From a bacterium (GTDB lineage: Bacteria; SZUA-182; DTGQ01; JAFGSM01), in assembly GCA_049472335.1 (NCBI GenBank), contig JBLIRO010000065.1, positions 1-28,205 on the forward strand: 28,205 nucleotides of DNA, written 5' to 3'. Shown here piece after piece: positions 16,082 to 24,627 of this stretch; within the stretch, counting starts at the first letter, position 1; every line of letters begins with the position of its first letter. Made by a program: the position numbers and the translations under genes. Below the pieces are notes generated by a model, which was given only the letters and a program-made list of their open reading frames with translations, was not told the DNA's origin and did no database searches.

Positions 16082-18904
16082 ATGCAAAAAAATAAATTTC
16101 AATCCCTTTTTCTCACAACCCTATTCCTTTTTTTGATCTCTTTTTTTAGCAATCCACCTGCTTTAGGGGCACAAACCGAATATGGCATTGTTGTGCAGAA
16201 TCTGCTTAATTTTTTACACAGCGATAAAGAAATTATTGCATCAAGATTAATAAAAAGTGGTGAGATTAATAGTTCATTACCCGAAATACCCATCGCTTAT
16301 TTGGCAAAACTGGAAGGGGGAGGATTTATCCTTGTTTCTGTTTCAAGAGATTTTACTCCGATAAAGGCATATTCCTTATTCAATGATTTTGAAACACTCC
16401 CGGAGGGATATACGGACTTTTTGCTGCAAGAGATGGAATACAATGCAAGGGCTGTAGAAGAGGCAGTCAGGGCGCTCAAAAAGCCGAATAACAATGCCGA
16501 AAATCAAAAAAGATGGGATTTTTTGTTAAATTATCTCGGAGATAAGATCTTATATAGATATACCCCTGATACTTTTTTATTAAAGACAAGATGGAATCAA
16601 AAGCATCCATTTAATAAATTTTTGCCTGAGATCGGAGAGAAGCATGTTTTAGCCGGTTGTGTAAGTATAGCACTGGCTCAAATAATGAAATATCACAAAT
16701 ATCCATCATCCGGGAATGGAGTCGTCTCTTATAATTGGAACGGACAATATCTAAAAGCCGTTCTCTATAAGGACTATCATTGGGAAAATATGCCGGATAG
16801 CCCTGATATGCTTACGCCTCAATATAAAGTAGATGAGGTTGCAAGGCTGATAACGGATCTGGGTATTGCTAATGAAACCGATTTTGGTGTTGATTCTTCA
16901 CCTACTATTGTGAATACTACTGCATTAATAAAAAATTTCGGTTACTCTTCTTCAATAGCAATCAGGGACAAGACAAACAAAAATCAGTTCTTTGAAACCA
17001 TAAAAAATGAGATAGATGCCAACAGGCCTGTTTTGGTTCGCTTTCCGGGGCATATGGGCGTGGCGGATGGTTATGCTTCGGATGGAGCAGGGAGAAAAAT
17101 CCATCTAAACTTTGGCTGGAAGGGTAAAGACGACGGATATTATTTTCTTGATCAAAATATAGTTGTCACGAATCATGTTTATCCACCCGATGATTTAAAG
17201 ATATATTACAATATAAAGCCTTGCAGCGGAGCAGATTGTTATGTGAACCTGGAAGCAGGAGACATTTATCTTCATCCGTATATTTCCGGAAGGTTCAATT
17301 CAGCAAATGATACTGATGAATATGAGGTTTATCTCAAAGGACCGACCAATATCAGCGGAACCAGATATCATTTCACAACCCAGGCGTTTTATATAACTGT
17401 TTATGATTCAAAAAACAATCTGATTGCATCTGATGAAAATCCAATATCCGCTGTATTTCCTGTTGATAAATACAGGATCAAAACATCACTTTGTTCAAAC
17501 AGATTGTGTTATAAATATGATGAGGGTTATCTTGATTACGCGGTCCATATAACCACGACTGCCTTGACATACCAGGAAAAGATATATATTGAGAACAATT
17601 CCGACATTCCACCCAAAATCAATAATATTTTCAAAAATATAATAATAAACTGGAAAAATGGACCTTATAAGATATTGATAGATGCTGTGGATGAAAACGG
17701 GGACGATATTAATTTAACCGCCTTTAGCAGCAACAATGATATAAGCACAGCTATCGATAATAACAATGTCTTGACAATCATACCTGCTTATGGCATTTCA
17801 AAGATTGCAGGCAAAATAAGGATCATGGCTTCTGCGAATAATAAAAGTGTGGAAAAATCATTTATTGTTCTGGTGTTGGACGATGATGTATCATTCGGAA
17901 AGGAATTTGTGGTAGCGGATAAGTTTTTAAATCAAGATACGTTTCATAAACACAAAGTCATTTTAGATGGCGCTTGCACAATAACCGGGGACAGCGGATC
18001 TTCGGATCAGGAGTTTTTCACCTCTGTTATGGATTTAAATGAGAATTATATTGTGGACCCTAATGATCATTCGATAAGCTATACCTTCCCGAAGGGGTTT
18101 TATCTGACCGGCGCTTCATTGTGCCCGGACCCGAATTCTCCGGAGGCTTTATGTTTTGCATATCAGGAAGGTGACGGGGATATCTATGAAATAAACTTTT
18201 CCTGTCCTGATGCTGATGAAGATATCTCACCGATTGCAAAAATGCTCGGCATTGATATTTCCGAAATCATTCCTGACGGTGTTGGGGAAGGCCGTCAATA
18301 CTCTTCTATCCAGAAGGCAATAGACAATGCCGTAAAAGGGGACACCATCATTGTCCATGACGGGACCTATTTTGAAAACATCAATTTTAAAGGAAAGGCA
18401 ATCAACCTTTGTTCTAAAAATGGCCCTTCAGCAACCTTTATCGATGGTAATTCCACCGGCAGTGTTGTGGTTTTTGATCACAATGAAGACGCTAATTCCG
18501 TGTTGGAAGGATTTACCATAAGAAACGGCCATGCTGAAAAAGGCGGGGGTATCTTCTGCCAGGAGTCCTTTCCTTCAATAATCAAGTGCTTCATAAAAGA
18601 CAATGTTGCCATTTCTAACGGAGGAGGAATTTATTCTAATAACGGGACACCCAAAACAATAAATTGCCTGCTTCGGAATAATACATCAAAAGGATTGCCT
18701 GATCAAATAAGTATGGAGACTGATTCCGGCATATTTCAGGATATCGGGATACTAAATGTTTTACATGATAGATCTCCACATATGCAGGTGTATAATAACG
18801 AAAAAGGCAGTTGGACGTCAGGATATCTATTTTTCAAAAAGCCCTGCAGTGAAAGCATTCAAATAAATGAAGCAAATCCCCTTTTTATCTCTCAACTTCC
18901 TTAA
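16082..18904 (+). CDS. Secreted C10-family (streptopain-like) cysteine peptidase with prodomain and C-terminal accessory domains
   Basis: Signal peptide, I69-like prodomain (GGFILVS...PIKAYS), LLKTRWNQ, AGCVSIALAQIMKYH (catalytic Cys), GHMGVADGY (His) and HLNFGW.G..DGYY. The C-terminal YSSIQKAIDNA..GDTIIVHDGTYFENINFKGKAI marks the start of a beta-helix. Confidence 0.9.
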   Translation: MQKNKFQSLFLTTLFLFLISFFSNPPALGAQTEYGIVVQNLLNFLHSDKEIIASRLIKSGEINSSLPEIPIAYLAKLEGGGFILVSVSRDFTPIKAYSLFNDFETLPEGYTDFLLQEMEYNARAVEEAVRALKKPNNNAENQKRWDFLLNYLGDKILYRYTPDTFLLKTRWNQKHPFNKFLPEIGEKHVLAGCVSIALAQIMKYHKYPSSGNGVVSYNWNGQYLKAVLYKDYHWENMPDSPDMLTPQYKVDEVARLITDLGIANETDFGVDSSPTIVNTTALIKNFGYSSSIAIRDKTNKNQFFETIKNEIDANRPVLVRFPGHMGVADGYASDGAGRKIHLNFGWKGKDDGYYFLDQNIVVTNHVYPPDDLKIYYNIKPCSGADCYVNLEAGDIYLHPYISGRFNSANDTDEYEVYLKGPTNISGTRYHFTTQAFYITVYDSKNNLIASDENPISAVFPVDKYRIKTSLCSNRLCYKYDEGYLDYAVHITTTALTYQEKIYIENNSDIPPKINNIFKNIIINWKNGPYKILIDAVDENGDDINLTAFSSNNDISTAIDNNNVLTIIPAYGISKIAGKIRIMASANNKSVEKSFIVLVLDDDVSFGKEFVVADKFLNQDTFHKHKVILDGACTITGDSGSSDQEFFTSVMDLNENYIVDPNDHSISYTFPKGFYLTGASLCPDPNSPEALCFAYQEGDGDIYEINFSCPDADEDISPIAKMLGIDISEIIPDGVGEGRQYSSIQKAIDNAVKGDTIIVHDGTYFENINFKGKAINLCSKNGPSATFIDGNSTGSVVVFDHNEDANSVLEGFTIRNGHAEKGGGIFCQESFPSIIKCFIKDNVAISNGGGIYSNNGTPKTINCLLRNNTSKGLPDQISMETDSGIFQDIGILNVLHDRSPHMQVYNNEKGSWTSGYLFFKKPCSESIQINEANPLFISQLP

Positions 18905-18965
18905 TAAAGCCTTCCTTTATTTATTATTTCCTTATATAAAAAATGGACCTCTCTTTTTATGTAAA

Positions 18966-19012
18966 AAAGTGTCAAGCAAAAACAGGATATCTCTATTTTT
19001 GCTTGACACTTT
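18966..19012. terminator. 17-bp perfect inverted repeat between convergent genes (probable bidirectional terminator)
   Basis: AAAGTGTCAAGCAAAAA...TTTTTGCTTGACACTTT. Confidence 0.6.
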
Positions 19013-19081
19013 GAATATTTTTCTAACAAAGATTTAAATCCTGCCCATACCTTTCTTTATCCGGACAAATCGATCTTATTA

Positions 19082-21388
19082 TCAGAATCTCGGACCGCCA
19101 GGACCACCGGGAAAACCACCTGAAGAACCTAATGTAGTTACAACACTTGAAACCGTAAAGCTGGTGATTAAAGTACCACCGGAGTAAAAATTGTAGGTTG
19201 TCCCCATTTTCAGATCAGGCGAGGAAAACACTACTGATTGATATGCCTTTGTAGGTACAAATGTAAGAATGCTATTACCGCTTTGGGTTCTAATGCTAAC
19301 AGTAGAACCTGCTGGCCTTGATACTTGGAGATTTATCATCACTGAATACTGGGTTGATGATGTGCTGGGAGCCATTGCCATACCGGAGCTTCCTACTGCA
19401 ACAAGAAAGCCATCGGAAATATAAAAGCCATTAAAATCCAGAGCACCGTTCATGTTTTCTGTGGGACCATTTATAATAAGGGAACCGTCGGTCATATATA
19501 CCGGACCATTGATATCGATGCCGTCACCTATAGCATCAATTTCTATCTCTCCTCCCGTGATGAAGAGGTAGTAGTCAGAGCTGAAGTCATTTTGATTCGG
19601 ACCCGGTCCTCCAAATCCTGAGGAGCTATCATCAGCGCTGACGGCATTCATACCATCCTCGCTTGAAACAATGTCGATGTATCCGTCATTAATGATAATA
19701 ACTTCGCTTTCAATACCTTCAAAGCATTCCTTGATGGCTATATCTCCACCGTTAATTTCTATGCCGTAATCTGCATGGATACCATCATCTGCGGTTTCTA
19801 AAGTAAAGTCCCCGCCGTTAATAACTATGCTGTCATTTGAATGGATGGCATCATCCGAAGAATCAATATCAAATTCCCCATCCTCAATAGTAATATTAAC
19901 ACCGGCCTTTATCCCTTTGGCTGTGTCGGAGTCGTCAGTGGTCTTGTTGCTTCCGCCACCCGTTGATATGGTAAAATCGCCGTCACTGATATAAACCGTT
20001 GTTTTCGCTTGAATCCCGTCCGATTCGACATCGATATCGAAGGTGCCGCCCTCGATGTATATAAATCCCTTTTCCGGATCGCTATCATTATTGGACTGCA
20101 GCCCGTCTCCCTCCGCTTCCACAGTGATATTTCCATCCTTGACGGCAAGGAAGTCCTTACCTCTGATACCGTCATTTACGGTGTATACTGTGATGTTGCC
20201 GCCTGTAATCTTAAGATCGTCCTTGCTTGTAATGCCATCGTTGTAATTTGCATTGACTGTCAGAGAACCATAGCCGTTAATCGTTAGGTCGTCCTTACTG
20301 AAAATAGCTGCATTGGGCTCGTCGGTTGTTGTATCCTCAAAGATATAAGAATCCCCGTCTGTTATTAAATTTTCCGTACCTTCTGCCAGGGTAATCACTG
20401 TGTCTTTCGCACTTATAATATAAATGGGAGCGCTTGTGGAACAGGTAATATCCACTCCGTTCAGGACGAGTTTTACTGTATCCTCATCCTGAGTATCTAC
20501 TATTATCTGTCCGTCATACAAAGTACCGCTTATGCTGTACATACCGGCAGACGTGATGGTTATGATACTGCCGTTAACTATTGCACCGCTTCCGTTAAAG
20601 GTTATCGAATAGCCATTCAACGTAATATATGACATGTTCGAACCGCTTGAGCTGAAATCCATATCATCAGTGTTAAAATTAACAGAAATATCAACATCCG
20701 TGTCGATAGAAGAGTCAGGAATGCTTACTGTGGTTGTTCCGCCATATATATTATTGCCATAATACCCGCCATACATTCCATACATGCTGCCATATGGATT
20801 CAAACCGTAATATCCACCGTATGGATTGGCGCCATATACACCTCCATACATTCCATACGGGCTTCCAAAACTTCCATAGGGATTGCTGCCGTAAAATCCA
20901 CCGTAAGCACTGTTACCATATACTCCTCCGTACGGGTTTCCACCATAGGTCCCTCCATACATTCCGTATGGGCTGCCAAAATTTCCATAGGGATTGCTGC
21001 CATAAAATGCACCATAAGGGCTGTTACCATAGCCCCCTGCATACATTCCGTACGGGCTGCTAAAGCTGCCATAGGGATTGCTGCCATAAAATCCACCATA
21101 GGCGCTGTTGCCGTATACTCCGCCATACATTCCGTACACGCCGCCAAAGCCGCCACCATAAGGATTCCTGTTATAAAATCCACCAAACTGGTTGATACCA
21201 TAGGCCCCTCCATACATTCCATATAAACCGCTGCCAAAGCCGCCATATGGATTCCTGTTATAAATTCCGCCGTAAGGAGCATATGGTGATGTTATAAATT
21301 GCGCAAGAGAAGGTTTTGCGAAAGTAAAAACTACAATGAAAATAATCGCTGAAAATAATACATTTCTAAAAATATGTTTTGGATTCAT
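19082..21388 (-). CDS. Secreted Cthe_2159/DUF4353-like beta-helix carbohydrate-binding protein with an N-terminal Tyr/Gly repeat region
   Basis: Signal peptide (PSLA/Q), then ITITSAGMYSISGTL.DGQIIVD, AAIFSKDDLTING.GSLTV, DGITSKDDLKI, DGIRGKD, DDAIHSN, DDGIHAD, EGIES and GPTENMNGALD. Confidence 0.88.
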   Translation of the reverse strand: MNPKHIFRNVLFSAIIFIVVFTFAKPSLAQFITSPYAPYGGIYNRNPYGGFGSGLYGMYGGAYGINQFGGFYNRNPYGGGFGGVYGMYGGVYGNSAYGGFYGSNPYGSFSSPYGMYAGGYGNSPYGAFYGSNPYGNFGSPYGMYGGTYGGNPYGGVYGNSAYGGFYGSNPYGSFGSPYGMYGGVYGANPYGGYYGLNPYGSMYGMYGGYYGNNIYGGTTTVSIPDSSIDTDVDISVNFNTDDMDFSSSGSNMSYITLNGYSITFNGSGAIVNGSIITITSAGMYSISGTLYDGQIIVDTQDEDTVKLVLNGVDITCSTSAPIYIISAKDTVITLAEGTENLITDGDSYIFEDTTTDEPNAAIFSKDDLTINGYGSLTVNANYNDGITSKDDLKITGGNITVYTVNDGIRGKDFLAVKDGNITVEAEGDGLQSNNDSDPEKGFIYIEGGTFDIDVESDGIQAKTTVYISDGDFTISTGGGSNKTTDDSDTAKGIKAGVNITIEDGEFDIDSSDDAIHSNDSIVINGGDFTLETADDGIHADYGIEINGGDIAIKECFEGIESEVIIINDGYIDIVSSEDGMNAVSADDSSSGFGGPGPNQNDFSSDYYLFITGGEIEIDAIGDGIDINGPVYMTDGSLIINGPTENMNGALDFNGFYISDGFLVAVGSSGMAMAPSTSSTQYSVMINLQVSRPAGSTVSIRTQSGNSILTFVPTKAYQSVVFSSPDLKMGTTYNFYSGGTLITSFTVSSVVTTLGSSGGFPGGPGGPRF
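20738..21286 (-). repeat. Coding tandem repeat (~28-aa unit NPYGxFGSPYGMYGGxYGNSxYGGFYGS)
   Basis: About six imperfect units, also visible in the DNA (e.g. CCATAGGGATTGCTGCC and CATACATTCC recur). Confidence 0.9.
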
Positions 21389-21583
21389 CTCTCAACTACC
21401 CCATCTTATCTCTTGAAGGATTGGTTTAAGGTTAAGGGAAATACATTCATTACCTTATGATTATTTTAAATAATCGGTTCATAAAATTAGTTCAAATATA
21501 ATACCAGGATGTCTAAATTGATATAATTAGTTGAAAAATATGCATTAATATAGCACAACAAAAAAATAAATATCTTTATTGTA

Positions 21584-21757
21584 TTCGACCTGATAGGCGA
21601 ACATGTTTTCTTAAATTAACATTTAAATCAAATCTTGTGCCAAGATCTAAAAACAATTATAACTTCTTGTAAAATAAGCAACAATATACCAATGCCAGAC
21701 AAATAATATCTTTGTCATATTCGACCTGATGGGCAATCTTTCGCCTAAAAGGGCGAA
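21584..21757. promoter_or_regulatory. Sigma-54-like promoter (minus strand) with three 18-bp operator/UAS palindromes and an IHF-like site
   Basis: Minus-strand TTGGCAC-AAGAT-TTGAT at 21626-21642 (the -12 is GA rather than GC). Sites TTCGACCTGATAGGCGAA (21584-21601), TTCGACCTGATGGGCAAT (21720-21737) and TTCGCCTAAAAGGGCGAA (21740-21757). IHF-like TAACTTCTTGTAA at 21660-21672. Confidence 0.6.
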
Positions 21758-21900
21758 CATTACTCTTCTTTTTCCGAGTTTTTTTTGACTCCTTCAATGA
21801 TTTTTTTATGATCCTATCAAGTTTGATTTCAGTTTCTTTATTTTTAACAACGAGTTGCTTACAATTTTTTTATTTTTCTTCCTTATTTACTCATTTAACC

Positions 21901-21929
21901 TTTACAAATTGAGTATTTTGTGATATAAT
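21901..21929 (+). promoter_or_regulatory. Sigma-70 promoter
   Basis: TTTACA-17 bp-TATAAT with an extended TGn -10 element. Confidence 0.6.
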
Positions 21930-22708
21930 TATAAATAAAAGGACACAACATTTGAAGGAAATATGCATAACTTTTTGATGAAAAAATCGCCTAAATTTAT
22001 ATCCATAGTTCTCCTTTATTTTTCTTTTCCGAATCGAAGGGGGGTGATATTTATCCATAGCACTTGTAAATCTTAATTTCTAAGCCGAAGGGGGTGATAA
22101 CATTCAAATTCTAAGTGATAAATTCGGTAAGAAACCACTGTTTGATTGGATAAAATCGGAGGTAAGGGATGATTCCGCAAAGGAAATTCTACGATTATGA
22201 TTTATTTATCCAAAATGTATCAACTTTTTATTTTATAAAGAAATGGATAGGTTTTATTTCTTTCCATCGATACAAAAATAGATGGAATGTTCGGAAGAGG
22301 AAAAATAAACCGCCTGAGATAAGGGGATGGGTGCTATGGAAGAAAATGTCAGAGAACGAATTATTATTCTTGCCAAATTGATTTCCAAATGGGAGATATG
22401 GGATATAAATGAAGACCGCAACTTTGGATTCAAAACAGAGGCTCAAAGGGGGAAAATATATTATAGAAATGGAGGTGATGGAAAGAAGAAATAATTTAAT
22501 CTTCTTTAACTTATTCTAAACCTTTAATTATGAATTTGAAATAATGTACTATTTAAAGACTAAAGTAATTTTTATAGGCCGGGAGGGCATAGCATGAAGA
22601 ACCTCCTGGCGGACAAAGAAGGAAATTGGGATGCGCTAGGAGATATTCTATGAATAAATGCTCCTAGCGCATATTAATCTAATAGTTATTACATATAGGT
22701 ATTTGGAA

Positions 22709-22978
22709 ATGACTAAAAAGGAAGCACGTTCGGAGGATTTTAAAAAAACTATGAACAATCAGGGCAGGGTCCGTGTCCAATTTGACATGACTAAAAAAAC
22801 GGTTGATCAGTTAGATTTGCTTCGGGATAAGATCAATTCTTCTTCGAGGGCATATGTGGTAAGAAAGGCATTGTCTCTCTTTGATTGGATTATAGAAAAA
22901 GTTGAAGAAGGATATGATATCTATCTCGAGAAAGATGGTGAAAGAGAAAAAATTGTTATTCCTGACCTGAAAGATTAG
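22709..22978 (+). CDS. Ribbon-helix-helix (CopG-like) DNA-binding protein
   Basis: RVRVQFDMT beta-strand followed by two helices, LDLLRDK and SRAYVVRKALSLFDW. The start is uncertain (22658, 22709 or 22751). Confidence 0.75.
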   Translation: MTKKEARSEDFKKTMNNQGRVRVQFDMTKKTVDQLDLLRDKINSSSRAYVVRKALSLFDWIIEKVEEGYDIYLEKDGEREKIVIPDLKD

Positions 22979-23038
22979 GTCAGTCTTCCATATAGATTAA
23001 CTATTTATTGATCATAGAGGATTACCTGAAATCTAATT

Positions 23039-23065
23039 ACCATCAAACTTTTTGGTGGTTTTTTT
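23039..23065 (+). terminator. Rho-independent terminator after the RHH gene
   Basis: ACCATCAA-ACTTT-TTGGTGGT followed by a T-run. Confidence 0.55.
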
Positions 23066-23411
23066 GGGGACAACAGCACCTGACAATGTCACTTGCTGTT
23101 GTCCTTTCAAATGGAAACAGCTATCTCCTCTCAAATCATAATCACATCTTATAATCACATACATATAATGTTATTTAATGCATTCAGTGATTTTAAATAT
23201 CCCTCCAATTTGTAGCGTAAGATACTCTAAAAATACTCGTCAAATAATATATAATAAAGTTAATCAGGAGTAATAAATGATTGCAATATGTATCTATATA
23301 TAAGTCATTTGTTGATAAAATAAAACTTAAAAGAAAGGGGGGTAACAAATGAAAAATTTAAATATCTATAAATTTTCCAATCATATTTTAATCGAAAGGA
23401 GGTGTATAAAA

Positions 23412-24278
23412 ATGGTCATCATGCTAATAAAAAGAATAGGCATCTTTTTTATATTGTTTTCTATCCTCGGGTTTCTTCTCTTTGCGGCCATCACATCTTC
23501 TGCTGCATGGAATTACCCGGTTTCTGCCATCAATCCTTTTGCTGTAACTTCTCAATATAACATTCCATCTCAAATAATAAACACCCTTTATCCTTCTCCC
23601 TATATCTCATCTTCACCCGATTATAATCGAAGTGCCTATTCTGTCACCAGATCTGCCCAACCCAATAACAGCTTTCAGGATATGAGCTTATTTAATCTAT
23701 TTAATAATATTTCATATCCTTCAGGTTACGATCCATTGGGTATCATTCCTCAGGGTTTTGGAATTTATTCATCCGGCCTGATAGGTGCCTTTACAGATCC
23801 ATATACACTTCTTTCCCCATGGCCTGCTATGCCTATTTCATATCCATACGGAATATCCCCAACAGTTATTTCCGATCCAACCTATTCAATTGGCTTTAAT
23901 CCTTACTATACCGGAACTACACAAAACAGTAATGTTCGATATAAGGTAGTACTGATAGAACACGAGGAAGGTAATGATCCCGTTTATTATCTGATGCCTC
24001 ATGATGCCAGTTGTCCTTGTCCTGAATATGCTAAAACTTATGGCATACCATGTAGTATTGTGGATGGCACCACATATTTCTATGGAGAAAAAACCTTTTA
24101 TAAATTCTCTATGTTACCAAATTCTTATGGCTATATGCCGGGTCCTTACGGCGGTTATATGCCGGGTCTTTTTGGCTATATGGGAAGTCCTTATGGCTAT
24201 ATGGTAGATCCGTTTGGTTATATGATGGGTTCCTTTGGTTCTTTTATTGCTGAAATGTCACAACCACCCATTCAATAG
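23412..24278 (+). CDS. Exported Pro/Tyr/Ser/Gly-rich hypothetical protein
   Basis: AAGGAGGTG RBS before ATG 23412 (the ORF is open from 23349, which also has an SD). Signal peptide ending SSAA, a CPCP...C segment, and C-terminal (Y/F)GYM 7-8 aa repeats. Confidence 0.75.
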   Translation: MVIMLIKRIGIFFILFSILGFLLFAAITSSAAWNYPVSAINPFAVTSQYNIPSQIINTLYPSPYISSSPDYNRSAYSVTRSAQPNNSFQDMSLFNLFNNISYPSGYDPLGIIPQGFGIYSSGLIGAFTDPYTLLSPWPAMPISYPYGISPTVISDPTYSIGFNPYYTGTTQNSNVRYKVVLIEHEEGNDPVYYLMPHDASCPCPEYAKTYGIPCSIVDGTTYFYGEKTFYKFSMLPNSYGYMPGPYGGYMPGLFGYMGSPYGYMVDPFGYMMGSFGSFIAEMSQPPIQ

Positions 24279-24327
24279 ATGATTTTTAAAATCCATAAGA
24301 GCAGACCGGATAACAGTTTATTACATG

Positions 24328-24379
24328 AAAGCCGGGAAAGAGAAAAATAAAATTTATCTCTCTGACCCGGCTTTTCTTT
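24328..24379 (+). terminator. Rho-independent terminator
   Basis: AAAGCCGGG...CCCGGCTTT followed by TCTTT, between convergent genes. Confidence 0.6.
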
Positions 24380-24627
24380 GCTCCAAATCATTTTACTAAG
24401 TACTATGACAGAGTTCACCTTAGTAATCTGCAAATATCATAAAATAGGAATTTAACTTCAATATCATTAAGTTATGGCAAACCTAACTTCAATACTGGCC
24501 TTTCCTAACAGGATCAATTTTATCAATAACATAAAGATAAAAAATATGCATATTAAATTAGTTAATAATCTAAATATTTCAAAACCAAAGGGTGCATAAG
24601 AAAAATCTACGTACAACCAGCATTGCA

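Noticed and set aside
20734..21282. Alternative-frame ORFs with repeated His/Cys or MEC motifs
   Set aside because: Shadows of the Tyr/Gly coding repeat in the 19082..21388 gene.
22169..22446. Track ORFs 22169..22381 (+) and 22228..22446 (-) as genuine genes
   Set aside because: They overlap each other, have AT-biased composition and no recognisable family. Kept only as part of the micro-ORF region finding.
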